A stretch of 64,000 bases of DNA, taken from NCBI RefSeq assembly GCF_055900595.2, contig NZ_CM148325.1. One strand, written 5' to 3'. The notes beneath the pieces were generated by a model, which saw nothing but the letters and a program-made list of their open reading frames with translations, ran no database searches and was not told where the DNA came from. Positions 44,827 through 57,052 of this stretch are shown in pieces. Made by a program: the position numbers and the translations under genes. Numbering within the stretch: position 1 is the stretch's first letter; every line of letters starts with the position of its first letter.

Positions 44827-45762
44827 ATGGCACTGCCAATTCTGTTAGATTGCGATCCAGGTCATGACGACGCTATCGCAATAGTTCTCGCCCTCGCCTC
44901 ACCAGAGCTTGATGTCAAAGCAATTACGTCTTCCGCCGGAAACCAGACACCAGAAAAAACCTTACGCAATGTTCTGCGTATGCTGACCTTGCTTAATCGC
45001 ACCGATATTCCGGTAGCAGGCGGCGCGGTAAAACCATTAATGCGTGATTTGATTATCGCGGACAATGTGCACGGCGAAAGCGGTCTCGACGGCCCTGCAT
45101 TACCGGAACCGACGTTCGCACCGCAAAACTGTACGGCGGTGGAGTTGATGGCGAAAACGCTGCGTGAAAGTGCGGAACCTGTCACGATTGTTTCTACCGG
45201 ACCGCAAACTAACGTTGCCTTGCTGCTCAATAGCCACCCGGAACTGCATAGCAAAATCGCCCGAATCGTGATTATGGGCGGCGCAATGGGGATTGGTAAC
45301 TGGACGCCAGCCGCCGAGTTTAATATTTATGTTGACCCGGAAGCGGCAGAAATTGTCTTCCAGTCAGGGATCCCGGTGGTGATGGCCGGTCTGGATGTTA
45401 CTCACAAAGCGCAAATTTACGTTGAGGACACCGAGCGTTTCCGCGCGATTGGCAACCCTGTTTCAACCATTGTTGCCGAACTGCTGGATTTCTTCCTCGA
45501 ATATCATAAAGACGAAAAATGGGGCTTTGTTGGCGCACCGCTGCATGACCCATGCACCATCGCCTGGCTGTTGAAACCAGAGTTGTTTACCACTGTTGAG
45601 CGCTGGGTTGGCGTGGAAACACAAGGGAAATATACCCAGGGTATGACGGTTGTTGATTATTATTATCTGACCGGCAATAAACCGAATGCTACTGTAATGG
45701 TCGATGTTGATCGTCAGGGCTTTGTTGATTTACTGGCTGATCGTCTGAAATTTTACGCTTAA
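44827..45762 (+). CDS. rihA: Pyrimidine-specific ribonucleoside hydrolase RihA
   Basis: ORF 44794-45762; start placed at [19 protein letters not shown] (the DxDxxxDD nucleoside hydrolase motif), 311 aa. Confidence 0.93.
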   Translation: MALPILLDCDPGHDDAIAIVLALASPELDVKAITSSAGNQTPEKTLRNVLRMLTLLNRTDIPVAGGAVKPLMRDLIIADNVHGESGLDGPALPEPTFAPQNCTAVELMAKTLRESAEPVTIVSTGPQTNVALLLNSHPELHSKIARIVIMGGAMGIGNWTPAAEFNIYVDPEAAEIVFQSGIPVVMAGLDVTHKAQIYVEDTERFRAIGNPVSTIVAELLDFFLEYHKDEKWGFVGAPLHDPCTIAWLLKPELFTTVERWVGVETQGKYTQGMTVVDYYYLTGNKPNATVMVDVDRQGFVDLLADRLKFYA

Positions 45763-45845
45763 CACACGTCATTGATTAAGATCACCACGCGTTACCTGGG
45801 TGGTCTTAATCTGTTTATCTCTTTTTCCTTTAAGATATAAATGCA

Positions 45846-47516
45846 ATGGATAATGCAGAACTCGCCATTGGTATCGATCTCGGTACTACCAATAGTTTAA
45901 TTGCCGTCTGGAAAGACGGTGCCGCGCAATTAATTCCAAATAAGTTCGGTGAATATTTAACACCATCCATAATTAGCATGGATGAAAATAATCATATTTT
46001 AGTCGGAAAACCCGCTGTATCACGGCGCACTTCGCATCCGGATAAAACGGCAGCGTTATTTAAACGTGCAATGGGCAGTAATACCAACTGGCGGTTAGGC
46101 AGCGACACATTTAACGCGCCTGAACTGTCCTCTTTGGTATTACGCTCATTAAAAGAAGATGCCGAAGAATTTCTGCAACGTCCGATTAAAGATGTGGTGA
46201 TCTCCGTTCCGGCTTATTTCAGCGATGAACAACGCAAGCATACCCGTTTAGCAGCGGAGTTAGCCGGGTTAAATGCGGTACGCTTAATTAATGAACCCAC
46301 AGCAGCTGCGATGGCATATGGCCTGCATACGCAACAAAATACCCGCTCGCTGGTTTTTGATCTCGGTGGCGGCACGTTTGACGTCACGGTGCTCGAATAC
46401 GCCACGCCGGTGATTGAAGTTCACGCCTCCGCTGGCGACAACTTTCTTGGCGGCGAAGATTTTACTCATATGCTGGTGGATGAAGTTTTAAAACGCGCCG
46501 CAGTGGCTAAAAACATGCTCAACGAAAGTGAGCTGGCAGCCCTGTACACCAGCGTGGAAGCGGCAAAATGCAGCAATCAATTACCGCTGCAAATTAGCTG
46601 GCAGTATCAGGAAGAAACGCGTGAGTGCGAATTTTACGAGAACGAACTGGAAGATTTGTGGTTGCCGCTGCTCAATCGCTTGCGAGTGCCGATTGAACAG
46701 GCGTTGCGCGATGCACGTCTGAAGCCAAGTCAAATCGACAGTCTGGTGCTGGTTGGCGGCGCATCACAAATGCCGCTGGTGCAGCGAATCGCCGTGCGTC
46801 TGTTTGGCAAATTACCGTATCAAAGTTACGACCCGAGTACTATTGTCGCGCTGGGCGCAGCGATCCAGGCCGCCTGCCGCTTACGCAGCGAAGACATTGA
46901 AGAAGTGATCCTCACCGATATTTGCCCCTACTCCTTAGGTGTTGAAGTTAACCGCCAGGGCGTTTCCGGCATTTTCTCACCGATTATTGAACGAAACACC
47001 ACTGTACCGGTGTCGCGTGTAGAAACTTACTCGACCATGCACCCGGAACAGGATTCAATTACGGTTAACGTCTATCAGGGAGAAAACCACAAAGTTAAAA
47101 ATAACATTCTGGTAGAATCCTTCGATGTGCCGTTGAAGAAAACCGGGGCTTATCAGTCGATTGATATTCGCTTTAGTTATGATATCAACGGGTTGCTTGA
47201 AGTTGACGTGCTTCTGGAAGACGGCAGCGTTAAGTCCAGAGTCATTAACCACAGTCCTGTAACATTGAGCGCACAGCAGATTGAAGAGAGTCGGACGCGG
47301 TTATCCGCATTGAAAATTTATCCGCGCGATATGCTCATCAACCGCACCTTTAAGGCCAAACTGGAAGAGTTGTGGGCGCGGGCGCTGGGTGACGAGCGAG
47401 AAGAGATCGGCCGGGTGATCACCGATTTTGATGCGGCGTTGCAGTCAAACGATATGGCCCGCGTCGATGAAGTTCGGCGACGGGCGAGCGATTATTTGGC
47501 TATTGAGATCCCTTAA
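45846..47516 (+). CDS. hscC: Hsp70-family chaperone HscC (Hsc62)
   Basis: 556-aa ORF with the Hsp70 N-terminal ATPase signature (IGIDLGTTNS, DLGGGTFD), shorter than DnaK. Confidence 0.93.
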   Translation: MDNAELAIGIDLGTTNSLIAVWKDGAAQLIPNKFGEYLTPSIISMDENNHILVGKPAVSRRTSHPDKTAALFKRAMGSNTNWRLGSDTFNAPELSSLVLRSLKEDAEEFLQRPIKDVVISVPAYFSDEQRKHTRLAAELAGLNAVRLINEPTAAAMAYGLHTQQNTRSLVFDLGGGTFDVTVLEYATPVIEVHASAGDNFLGGEDFTHMLVDEVLKRAAVAKNMLNESELAALYTSVEAAKCSNQLPLQISWQYQEETRECEFYENELEDLWLPLLNRLRVPIEQALRDARLKPSQIDSLVLVGGASQMPLVQRIAVRLFGKLPYQSYDPSTIVALGAAIQAACRLRSEDIEEVILTDICPYSLGVEVNRQGVSGIFSPIIERNTTVPVSRVETYSTMHPEQDSITVNVYQGENHKVKNNILVESFDVPLKKTGAYQSIDIRFSYDINGLLEVDVLLEDGSVKSRVINHSPVTLSAQQIEESRTRLSALKIYPRDMLINRTFKAKLEELWARALGDEREEIGRVITDFDAALQSNDMARVDEVRRRASDYLAIEIP

Positions 47517-47575
47517 ACACGGCTGCCGGATGCGGCATAAACGCTGCATTCGGCATCGGCGCAAAAAACACATCC

Positions 47576-49027
47576 TCAGCTAAACAACATCGCGATTTTT
47601 CCGAGAGCATAACCTATCACCAGCACCGTTAAGCTGATTTTGATAATGCTGGTAATGCTCTGTGGTTTTTCATCCTCATCATTTTTTTCTTCGTGGTTTT
47701 CAGGTGTTGGCTCATCGACATCTTCATCCTCCGGCTCGAGTTTCACTTTCGTCAACAGCATCCGCGTGATAATGGCCTCTAATGGATGAGCATCTCCACC
47801 TTCCAGCCTTGTATTAAGACGGGCCAGCATCTCTTGTTTCGGGAACGCTTCCAGCACAACCTGTTCCGCTACCCGATACAAATCCAGTAACGGTGAATCT
47901 TGTTCTGTCTCGCTACCGACTCTCGATTTCCACCATGCCCATGTTTTGCGCTTGAAGAATAACGACTCAATAAACGATTGACCTAACGGCGATAATTTTC
48001 CGCTATGTAAAATTTCCGCCCATAACAGCCTCGTCCGGGCGCTCTCACCAGGAACATATTTCAGCGGCTTACCTTGCGCATCAACCATGCTTCGCGCTTC
48101 GATAACCATCACTAACAGCGCGAAGTAATCCGGGCAATGTTGCGCACTCCACTGCAGTAATAAATTATCGGCTTGTGTAGATGGATAACTTTCCCAGTAA
48201 CCACAGAGATCGGCAAGCATGCTTTCACCCTCGCCGCAGTATAACCGTTGCGCACACTGGTAATATCGGGCATCTTCACTTTCTGGTTCTTCCGTTTGCC
48301 ACTGTTGCGCTACAGAAATGAGTTCCGCCATACCTGTTTGCACCGAGCTATACCAGCGCAACAATTTGCGATGCAACTTCGCATCATCGGGAATGAACCA
48401 CGGACCTTCCATCGCCAAAAACGCAGTGACATAGTCAGGGTGATAACGGCAGCAGCGTTCCAATGCGAAGTAATACTCAACAGTCTGGTTCTGCAACGCG
48501 ACGGGATATTCCAGAAGGCTTAGAAAATCGAAACAATCCCCGGCCTGAATGGCCTCAAGAAAAGCCTCCCGTTCTTCCTCGTCCATGCCTTCACTTTCAT
48601 TAAATGAATGCCAGTTCAAACGCTCTGCCAGCAAAGAAGCACAATTTAATGAAAGATATCGCGCTTCTGTAGCGATTGCACACAGCGGCCAGCGTAATTG
48701 ATCGACATCCTCCATGTTCCAGGTATTTAATTGCTGAATAAATTTCTGCCAGGCGGAGGGCTGAAAACGATCGCTTTCCGAAGCCAGTAAGGTTCTGAAC
48801 GCTTTCAGTGCTTCGTGCTCTTCTGCAAGATTTTTCTCGTCATCAGCATTTTTTTCGTCCGGATTGACAGCCAGTCGCAGCGCCTCTTCATAGGCCTGGC
48901 GTAATGCTTTAAACCCCTGCGGATCGGTTTCGGGATGACACAACGGTAAGCGAGCAAGATAAGCCTGGCGGATACTGTCTATTTGCGTCGTGCTTTCAAT
49001 TTCGAGGATTTGCCAACATGTTTTCAT
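47576..49027 (-). CDS. djlC: J-domain-like co-chaperone DjlC (YbeV), C-terminally membrane-anchored
   Basis: 483-aa ORF with an N-terminal J-like region (…[11 protein letters not shown]…) and a C-terminal hydrophobic helix ([17 protein letters not shown]); paralogous to the ORF at 50396-51823. Confidence 0.85.
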   Translation of the reverse strand: MKTCWQILEIESTTQIDSIRQAYLARLPLCHPETDPQGFKALRQAYEEALRLAVNPDEKNADDEKNLAEEHEALKAFRTLLASESDRFQPSAWQKFIQQLNTWNMEDVDQLRWPLCAIATEARYLSLNCASLLAERLNWHSFNESEGMDEEEREAFLEAIQAGDCFDFLSLLEYPVALQNQTVEYYFALERCCRYHPDYVTAFLAMEGPWFIPDDAKLHRKLLRWYSSVQTGMAELISVAQQWQTEEPESEDARYYQCAQRLYCGEGESMLADLCGYWESYPSTQADNLLLQWSAQHCPDYFALLVMVIEARSMVDAQGKPLKYVPGESARTRLLWAEILHSGKLSPLGQSFIESLFFKRKTWAWWKSRVGSETEQDSPLLDLYRVAEQVVLEAFPKQEMLARLNTRLEGGDAHPLEAIITRMLLTKVKLEPEDEDVDEPTPENHEEKNDEDEKPQSITSIIKISLTVLVIGYALGKIAMLFS

Positions 49028-49731
49028 AGGTCGCTCACATCCTTAAGCGTTACCGGGCATTCAGGCTGGACAATTAATGGCTGCCAGGGAAGCGTGGCAT
49101 AGAAACGATCGCTTCCCGCTGCCAACTCCTCGAACATCCGACTCCCGGCGTTATCGTATTTGTACAGGGTTAGCGCCTCGCGTAGCGAAGCGTTGTCTTC
49201 ACACTGGGAAGATTGCCAGTAGAGACGTCCTAATGAATAGGCGGCAAAATAGTGAATCCAGCTGTGATAATAATGGTGAGCTCGTACATAAACGCGCGAT
49301 TGCAGCCATAAACTCTCTTCTTCCGTCAGCCAATTGTTGAGCACACCGACCCGCGATAAAAACCCCATCCGCACATAATCCCAGGCTTTGATTCCCCCTT
49401 CCCCACAACACATAGCGGTTTGGGCAACGAATTGGGTATAAATCAACCCTCTCTCCGAGCCGCCAGCAATTAATGTTTTCCACTCTTCAGGGGAAGAGCG
49501 ATGCCATGTCAGATATAAGCCAGCTAAATCATTGGCATGACCATCATCGGTCATCTGATAAATAGTCTGAATTAAATCATCACGATTATTTATTCCCCAG
49601 GATGATGAGAGATCGAATTCTTTTATCCCAGTATACATTTTTGGCGAGTCATGCGCTGGCTTGCAACCCTGATTAAGTATTTCCATGGGTGCAGAAAGCG
49701 CAAAAAGAAGATATTGTTCTTCCTTATTCAT
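49024..49731 (-). CDS. ybeU: DUF1266-type protein YbeU
   Basis: 235-aa ORF whose stop overlaps the djlC start (ATGA at 49024-49027); paralogous to the ORF at 51820-52563. The DUF1266 label is from memory. Confidence 0.8.
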   Translation of the reverse strand: MNKEEQYLLFALSAPMEILNQGCKPAHDSPKMYTGIKEFDLSSSWGINNRDDLIQTIYQMTDDGHANDLAGLYLTWHRSSPEEWKTLIAGGSERGLIYTQFVAQTAMCCGEGGIKAWDYVRMGFLSRVGVLNNWLTEEESLWLQSRVYVRAHHYYHSWIHYFAAYSLGRLYWQSSQCEDNASLREALTLYKYDNAGSRMFEELAAGSDRFYATLPWQPLIVQPECPVTLKDVSDL

Positions 49732-49831
49732 TTGTTAATAATCCCTTAAGTGCATTAACTGACTACTTTTTTATTATCGATGAGTATAAACTTGACGTTT
49801 TCAAAATAAAAGAAAATAGAAGTATTCATGC

Positions 49832-50386
49832 ATGAATAAAAAATTAATATATATATTCGCAATATTTATAGTTGCGGCAATTACCTGTATTAGCCAACCC
49901 AACAAAACGACCCTGCGCGATAAAGCTATGGCGAATTATGTCTTTGATTATTTAAGCTCACCGGGCAGTCTTCCGTTTACCACGGCAGCAACAGAGCTTT
50001 CCGCCATTCATGGTCACTCAACGTCGCAATATAGACTTGGCGAATTTTATCTTCATGGTAGCGATGGTAAGCCTCTGGATTATACAAAGGCGAGATACTG
50101 GTATGAGCAATCAGCGGAACAGGAAAATCCACGCGCGCAAAGTCAACTGGGATGGATCTACCTGAAAGGTTTGGGAGTCAATCCCGATACCCGTAAAGCA
50201 ATTCTCTGGCATAAGGAAGCAGCTGAACAAGGGCATGTTCATGCACAATACACGTTGGGTTTGATCTACAGAAACGGCACGGGCATTAGCACCAACAATT
50301 ATGAAGCTCGCAAATGGTTAGAACTGGCGGCAGAGCAACATTATAAAAATGCGGAAAGATTACTTGCAGAGCTTCCCGCACATTAA
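49832..50386 (+). CDS. ybeT: Sel1-repeat (TPR-like) exported protein YbeT
   Basis: 184-aa ORF with an N-terminal hydrophobic segment and repeated Sel1 units (A-x-S/Q-Q-x-xLG-x-x-Y-x-x-G-x-G-V). Confidence 0.8.
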   Translation: MNKKLIYIFAIFIVAAITCISQPNKTTLRDKAMANYVFDYLSSPGSLPFTTAATELSAIHGHSTSQYRLGEFYLHGSDGKPLDYTKARYWYEQSAEQENPRAQSQLGWIYLKGLGVNPDTRKAILWHKEAAEQGHVHAQYTLGLIYRNGTGISTNNYEARKWLELAAEQHYKNAERLLAELPAH

Positions 50387-50395
50387 CGTCGACTT

Positions 50396-51823
50396 TCACC
50401 CGAACAGATGAAGTATTTTCCCTATCAAACCGGCAAAGATAAAAATATAGAAAATAATTTTAATGATGCCCAGACAGCCCGGCCCACCATCGTCAACGGG
50501 CATTGGCTGCGGTTGCGGCTCCGGCTTGACGGTTTGTTGCCCGGCAAAATTCGCCGACTGAATTAATAATCGTCGAATTATTAATGCGTCCAGAGGACAA
50601 CGATCTTCTGCATCAAGGCGGGCGACGATCGGCATCAATGATTCTTCTGTCGGTTGGCTGGTCTTCACTAATTGTTTAGCAACTAAATATAATGGCCATA
50701 AGGGATGTTCTGTATCACGCGTGAGTGAGATTCGCGGCTTACGCCCTTTGTGCAAAACCATCTCAACCAGAGAACGCCCCAGCGCAGAGAGTTTCTCATC
50801 GCTGAGTATTTCGTATAATTGAAAGCGCGTACGCGCACTGTCGCCAGGAACATAAAGTAACGGTTTCCCCTGATCGTTAACCAGTTCACGTGCTTCAATC
50901 ATCATCACGACTAACGGGTAATAATCGACCCGATGCTGACGGCACCATTGCAACATTAATACATCTGCCTGGGTCGAGGGAGACTCGCGCCAGAAGTCAC
51001 AAAGTTCTGCCAGCAAGCTTTCGCCTTCTCCACAATAGACGCGTTGCGCGTATTCATAATAACGCGCATCTTCATTATCAGGTTCAGTTTCCCGCCATGA
51101 CCGGGCGTAGTCCAGGAGTTCGGGTATTCCCAGGCGGACTGCGCTATACCAGCACAGTAAATTTCTGTGCAGTTTTACATCATCGGGGATAATTACCGCA
51201 CGATGTTGCGATAAATATAATGTCAGCCATTCTGGATGCGATGACCAAATCCGCGCGAACATTTGGTAAAAATCAATGGTTTCATTTTGCACGGCAACAG
51301 GCAGATGCAGAATGGTCTGGAAGTTAAAAACATTCCCCTTCGCAATGGCATATAAAAAGGATTCCAGTTCTTCTTCGTCTATTTCCCCGGTGTTTTCCTC
51401 CTGTCGCCACCGCAATCTTTCTGCTAATAAAGCCACGCACTCGAAGGATAAATGGGCAGTGTTCATGGCTATTGTGCACAGTGACCAGCGTAATTCATCA
51501 ATATCTTCCATCGAGCAATAATTTAATTGCTGAATGAATCGCTGCCAGGCAGAGGGCAGAAAACGTTCGCTATCAGAGGCGAGTAACGCACGAAAGGCGA
51601 ACAGTATTTCATGTTCTGCAACTTCATGTTCTTCTGGTTGCCAAACAGATTTAGCAGGCGACTGCGCAATCCGTAGCGCGTCCTCATACGCCTGACGAAG
51701 TTGTTTAAAACCCTGCGGATCGGTTTCTGGATGAAAGGACGGTAACAGCGCCAGATAAGCGCGGCGGATAATATCGACTTCAGTCGTTTCCTCTATTTCG
51801 AGAATCTTCCAGCAATTTTTCAT
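50396..51823 (-). CDS. djlB: J-domain-like co-chaperone DjlB (YbeS), C-terminally membrane-anchored
   Basis: 475-aa ORF, N-terminus [39 protein letters not shown] closely parallels DjlC; C-terminal hydrophobic tail. Confidence 0.85.
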   Translation of the reverse strand: MKNCWKILEIEETTEVDIIRRAYLALLPSFHPETDPQGFKQLRQAYEDALRIAQSPAKSVWQPEEHEVAEHEILFAFRALLASDSERFLPSAWQRFIQQLNYCSMEDIDELRWSLCTIAMNTAHLSFECVALLAERLRWRQEENTGEIDEEELESFLYAIAKGNVFNFQTILHLPVAVQNETIDFYQMFARIWSSHPEWLTLYLSQHRAVIIPDDVKLHRNLLCWYSAVRLGIPELLDYARSWRETEPDNEDARYYEYAQRVYCGEGESLLAELCDFWRESPSTQADVLMLQWCRQHRVDYYPLVVMMIEARELVNDQGKPLLYVPGDSARTRFQLYEILSDEKLSALGRSLVEMVLHKGRKPRISLTRDTEHPLWPLYLVAKQLVKTSQPTEESLMPIVARLDAEDRCPLDALIIRRLLIQSANFAGQQTVKPEPQPQPMPVDDGGPGCLGIIKIIFYIFIFAGLIGKILHLFG

Positions 51824-52563
51824 AGGTCGCTCATATCCTTAAGCGTTTCCGGGCATGCAGAATAGTAAGCCAATGGTTGCCAGGACAAGGTAGGGTAATA
51901 CGCATCATCACTGGCAAATAATTGATAAAACATATCATTGCCGGAATCGTCGTATTCTTTACGCGCTAAAAATTCACGTAATAACTGAAGATTATCATCT
52001 TCGGGAGACTGCCAATATTGCCGACCAAAGGTATAACCGGCAAAGTATTGCTGCCAGTTACTATAATAACGTAGCGCCCGTAGATGAATGCGCGACTGGA
52101 TCCATAGACTTTCTTCTTCGCTCAACCAGTTATTAAGTACGCCCATTCGGCTTAAAAAACCCATCCGGACATAATCCCAGGCTTTGATTCCCCCTTCGCC
52201 ACAGCATTCGGCGGTGCTGGCGACAAATTGCGCATAAGCCTGACCTTGCTCATTTAGTTCAGCAAGATAATCACGCCATTCACATGGAGAATAACGAAAC
52301 CAGCGGTGATAAAGCCCTGCCAACCGAGCGGCATGACCGTTATCGATCATTCGGTGAATTGTACGCAGCAGGTCATCACGGTCATCAATTCCCCATGAGG
52401 AAGAAAGGTCAAAAAAGCATGTACCTAAATACATTTTGGGGGATGAATGCGAAGGTAAACAGCATTCATTGCGTATTTCCATCGGAGTGGAAAGTGCAAA
52501 CAATATTTTTTGCGACTCCATGTCCATATAATTTATCCTTAAACATTCATTTAATGAATACAA
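51820..52563 (-). CDS. ybeR: DUF1266-type protein YbeR
   Basis: ORF of 247 codons (true start may be an internal Met, e.g. [11 protein letters not shown]); its stop overlaps the djlB start; paralog of YbeU. Confidence 0.8.
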   Translation of the reverse strand: MYSLNECLRINYMDMESQKILFALSTPMEIRNECCLPSHSSPKMYLGTCFFDLSSSWGIDDRDDLLRTIHRMIDNGHAARLAGLYHRWFRYSPCEWRDYLAELNEQGQAYAQFVASTAECCGEGGIKAWDYVRMGFLSRMGVLNNWLSEEESLWIQSRIHLRALRYYSNWQQYFAGYTFGRQYWQSPEDDNLQLLREFLARKEYDDSGNDMFYQLFASDDAYYPTLSWQPLAYYSACPETLKDMSDL

Positions 52564-52684
52564 ACTACATTGCGAGACTCAGTTATTTATACTTTTCTGA
52601 CGCAACATAATACGCATAAAATAAGGCTTACGCAAAAATGGAATACATAAAAATATAATATGTTTTATCTACAACCATAAGGAA

Positions 52685-53668
52685 ATGATAATGATTTTTA
52701 CGTCAAGTTGCTGCGATAATTTATCAATAGATGAGATTATCGAACGTGCTGAAAAAGGCGATTGCGAGGCTCAATATATTGTTGGGTTTTATTATAATCG
52801 CGATAGCGCAATTGACTCTCCGGACGACGAAAAGGCCTTTTACTGGCTGAAGCTGGCCGCTGAGCAAGGTCATTGTGAAGCACAATATTCCTTAGGGCAA
52901 AAGTATACCGAGGATAAAAGCCGTCATAAAGATAATGGGCAAGCCATCTTTTGGCTGAAAAAAGCTGCCCTACAAGGCCATACTTTCGCTTCCAACGCCC
53001 TTGGCTGGATACTGGATCGTGGAGAAGACCCCAACTATAAAGAAGCGGTTGCCTGGTATCAGATAGCCGCGGAGAGCGGAATGTCTTATGCGCAAAATAA
53101 TCTTGGGTGGATGTACAGAAATGGCAACGGAGTCACACAAGATTATGCGCTGGCATTTTTCTGGTACAAACAAGCTGCATTGCAAGGCCATAGTTACGCA
53201 CAAGACAATCTGGCCGATCTTTATGAAGACGGTAAAGGTGTTGCCCAAAACAAAGCTCTTGCCGCATTCTGGTATTTGAAAAGCGCACAGCAAGGTAATC
53301 GGCACGCTCAATTTCAAATTGCGTGGGATTATAACGCTGGCGAAGGGGTTGACCAGGACTATAAGCAAGCAATGTACTGGTATCTGAAGGCTGCCGCTCA
53401 GGAAAGCGTCGGCGCTTACGTTAACATCGGCTATATGTATAAACACGGTCAAGGCGTTGAGAAGGATTATCAGGCCGCCTTTGAATGGTTTACGAAAGCC
53501 GCTGAATGCGATAATGCCACTGCCTGGTATAACCTTGCCATTATGTATCATTACGGAGAAGGAAGACCTGTCGATCTCCGACAGGCTCTCGATCTGTATC
53601 GTAAAGTTCAGTCATCCGGTACCAGGGATGTCAGTCAAAAAATCCGTGAGATTGAAGATTTACTGTAG
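52685..53668 (+). CDS. ybeQ: Sel1-repeat protein YbeQ
   Basis: 327-codon ORF with about eight consecutive Sel1-type repeats (…A-x-x-W-Y-x-K-A-A-x-Q-G…). Confidence 0.85.
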   Translation: MIMIFTSSCCDNLSIDEIIERAEKGDCEAQYIVGFYYNRDSAIDSPDDEKAFYWLKLAAEQGHCEAQYSLGQKYTEDKSRHKDNGQAIFWLKKAALQGHTFASNALGWILDRGEDPNYKEAVAWYQIAAESGMSYAQNNLGWMYRNGNGVTQDYALAFFWYKQAALQGHSYAQDNLADLYEDGKGVAQNKALAAFWYLKSAQQGNRHAQFQIAWDYNAGEGVDQDYKQAMYWYLKAAAQESVGAYVNIGYMYKHGQGVEKDYQAAFEWFTKAAECDNATAWYNLAIMYHYGEGRPVDLRQALDLYRKVQSSGTRDVSQKIREIEDLL

Positions 53669-53737
53669 AGATAAAAACAAGGGCCGGGGAATTTTATTCG
53701 GCCCATATTCTCTTTATTGCTGTTTGAAATCGGACCA

Positions 53738-54220
53738 TTAAGGCTCGAACGGGCGTCTCTGGAACTGATCATGACCACATTTCGGGCATAGCGTCAGCAC
53801 TTCCGGTGTGTAGATTGGGAGATGGAAGTGACATTTCTCGCAGACCAGATTCCCCAGACCTACGACTTCCCCGCTGTGATAAACCCCGTGATGATTGAGG
53901 TCCTGGAAAACTTCGCGCCATTCAAGCTGCGTTTTATCGGTGATGTCTGCCAGTTCCTGCCACAAGCTTTCTTTAATCACCCGCATAAAGACGCTGTCAG
54001 ACTCTTCTTTCAGGCTCTCTTCATAGCTCATGGCGAACTCTTCCAGGTCACGTCTGACAGCTCGCGTCAGCTCATCGACCTCGGTTCGCGTTAACTCCCC
54101 TGTTTTTATTACGCGCTCGCGCGCCTGTTCCACCAGTGCGTCGATATCACGTTCGCCATTACGCAGGCGTTCGCTCAGTGACGCGACCAGTTCACGGTAA
54201 TATTGAGCAACCTTGTTCAT
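53738..54220 (-). CDS. ybeL: Conserved protein YbeL (zinc-ribbon-containing, DUF1451 by recollection)
   Basis: 160-aa ORF with a C-terminal CxxC...CxxC motif (CEKCHFHL...CPKCGHDQF). Confidence 0.85.
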   Translation of the reverse strand: MNKVAQYYRELVASLSERLRNGERDIDALVEQARERVIKTGELTRTEVDELTRAVRRDLEEFAMSYEESLKEESDSVFMRVIKESLWQELADITDKTQLEWREVFQDLNHHGVYHSGEVVGLGNLVCEKCHFHLPIYTPEVLTLCPKCGHDQFQRRPFEP

Positions 54221-54455
54221 CGTTTCATCTCCCGGGTCGTTAACTGACTATAATAATAGACGTTCTTTGTTCCTTGCTTTGCTATTACGCCCACAAACTC
54301 TGTAAATTAATGTATGAATAATCCGGGCATCATTTCAACGTCGAGTGCGCGAAAGGCTGTTTTGACGCGGACGTTTGGGCTATGCTATGCGGATCTGAAA
54401 AACCACCTCTAACGCTACTTTTGTAGCCGTATTGAAAACAGGACCACTGGCTGCC

Positions 54456-57038
54456 ATGCAAGAGCAATACCGCCCGGAAGAGATAGAATCCAAAGTACAG
54501 CTTCATTGGGATGAGAAGCGCACATTTGAAGTAACAGAAGACGAGAGCAAAGAGAAGTATTACTGCCTGTCTATGCTTCCCTATCCTTCTGGTCGACTAC
54601 ACATGGGCCACGTACGTAACTACACCATCGGTGACGTGATCGCCCGTTACCAGCGCATGCTGGGCAAAAACGTTCTGCAGCCGATCGGCTGGGACGCGTT
54701 TGGTCTGCCTGCGGAAGGCGCAGCGGTGAAAAATAACACCGCGCCAGCACCGTGGACGTACGACAACATCGCGTACATGAAAAACCAGCTCAAAATGCTG
54801 GGCTTTGGTTATGACTGGAGCCGCGAGCTGGCAACCTGTACACCGGAATACTACCGTTGGGAACAGAAATTCTTCACCGAGCTGTATAAAAAAGGCCTGG
54901 TATATAAGAAGACTTCTGCGGTCAACTGGTGCCCGAACGACCAGACCGTACTGGCGAACGAACAGGTTATCGACGGCTGCTGCTGGCGCTGCGATACCAA
55001 AGTTGAGCGTAAAGAGATCCCGCAGTGGTTTATCAAAATCACCGCTTACGCTGACGAGCTGCTCAACGATCTGGATAAACTGGATCACTGGCCAGACACC
55101 GTTAAAACCATGCAGCGTAACTGGATCGGTCGTTCCGAAGGAGTGGAAATCACCTTCAACGTTAACGACTATGACAACACGCTGACCGTTTACACTACCC
55201 GCCCGGACACCTTTATGGGTTGTACCTACCTGGCGGTAGCGGCAGGTCATCCGCTGGCACAGAAAGCGGCGGAAAATAATCCTGAACTGGCCGCCTTTAT
55301 TGACGAATGCCGTAACACCAAAGTTGCCGAAGCTGAAATGGCGACGATGGAGAAAAAAGGCGTCGATACTGGCTTTAAAGCGGTTCACCCATTAACGGGC
55401 GAAGAAATTCCGGTTTGGGCAGCAAACTTCGTATTGATGGAATATGGCACCGGCGCAGTCATGGCGGTTCCGGGTCACGATCAGCGCGACTACGAGTTTG
55501 CCTCTAAATACGGCCTGAATATCAAGCCGGTTATCCTGGCAGCTGACGGCTCTGAGCCAGATCTTTCTCAGCAAGCCCTGACCGAAAAAGGCGTGCTGTT
55601 CAACTCTGGCGAGTTCAACGGCCTTGATCATGAAGCAGCCTTCAACGCCATCGCCGATAAACTGACTGCGATGGGTGTTGGCGAGCGTAAAGTGAACTAC
55701 CGCCTGCGCGACTGGGGTGTTTCCCGTCAACGTTACTGGGGCGCGCCGATTCCGATGGTGACGCTGGAAGACGGTACTGTAATGCCGACCCCGGACGACC
55801 AACTGCCGGTGATCCTGCCGGAAGATGTGGTGATGGACGGCATTACCAGCCCAATCAAAGCTGATCCTGAGTGGGCGAAAACCACCGTTAACGGTATGCC
55901 TGCGCTGCGTGAAACCGATACTTTCGACACCTTTATGGAGTCCTCCTGGTACTATGCGCGCTACACTTGCCCTGAGTACAAAGAAGGTATGCTGGATTCC
56001 GAAGCGGCCAACTACTGGCTGCCGGTGGATATCTACATTGGTGGTATCGAACACGCCATTATGCACCTGCTCTACTTCCGCTTCTTCCATAAACTGATGC
56101 GTGATGCAGGCATGGTGAACTCTGACGAACCAGCAAAACAGTTGCTGTGTCAGGGTATGGTGCTGGCGGATGCCTTCTACTATGTTGGCGAAAACGGCGA
56201 GCGTAACTGGGTTTCCCCAGTTGATGCTATCGTTGAACGTGACGAGAAAGGCCGTATCGTGAAAGCGAAAGATGCGGCAGGCCATGAACTGGTTTATACC
56301 GGCATGAGCAAAATGTCTAAGTCGAAGAACAACGGTATCGACCCACAGGTGATGGTTGAACGTTACGGCGCGGACACCGTTCGTCTGTTTATGATGTTTG
56401 CTTCTCCGGCGGATATGACTCTCGAATGGCAGGAGTCTGGCGTGGAAGGGGCTAACCGCTTCCTGAAACGTGTCTGGAAACTGGTTTACGAGCACACTGC
56501 AAAAGGTGATGTTGCAGCACTGAATGTCGACGCGTTGACTGAAGATCAGAAAGCACTGCGTCGCGATGTTCATAAAACTATCGCTAAAGTGACCGATGAT
56601 ATCGGCCGTCGTCAGACCTTCAACACCGCGATTGCGGCAATTATGGAGCTGATGAACAAACTGGCGAAAGCACCGACCGATGGCGAGCAGGATCGCGCCC
56701 TGATGCAGGAAGCGCTGCTGGCGGTAGTCCGTATGCTTAACCCGTTCACCCCGCACATCTGCTTCACGCTGTGGCAGGAACTGAAAGGCGAAGGCGATAT
56801 CGACAACGCGCCGTGGCCGGTTGCTGACGAAAAAGCGATGGTGGAAGACTCCACCCTGGTGGTGGTGCAGGTTAACGGTAAAGTCCGTGCCAAAATCACT
56901 GTTCCGGTGGACGCAACGGAAGAACAGGTTCGCGAACGTGCTGGTCAGGAACATCTGGTAGCAAAATATCTTGATGGCGTTACCGTGCGTAAAGTGATTT
57001 ACGTACCGGGTAAACTCCTCAATCTGGTCGTTGGCTAA
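54456..57038 (+). CDS. leuS: Leucyl-tRNA synthetase
   Basis: ORF 54432-57038; start placed at [15 protein letters not shown] (860 aa); HIGH-type motif (HMGHVRN) and KMSKS (KMSKSK). Confidence 0.98.
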
Positions 57039-57052
57039 GCGCGGGAGGAAGC

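Noticed and set aside
45846-53668. Interpretation of the hscC-djl-ybe cluster as a prophage remnant or toxin-antitoxin island
   Set aside because: No integrase, transposase, phage structural genes or att repeats; gene content is chaperone-like and repeat proteins. Reported instead as a duplicated module of unknown physiological role.
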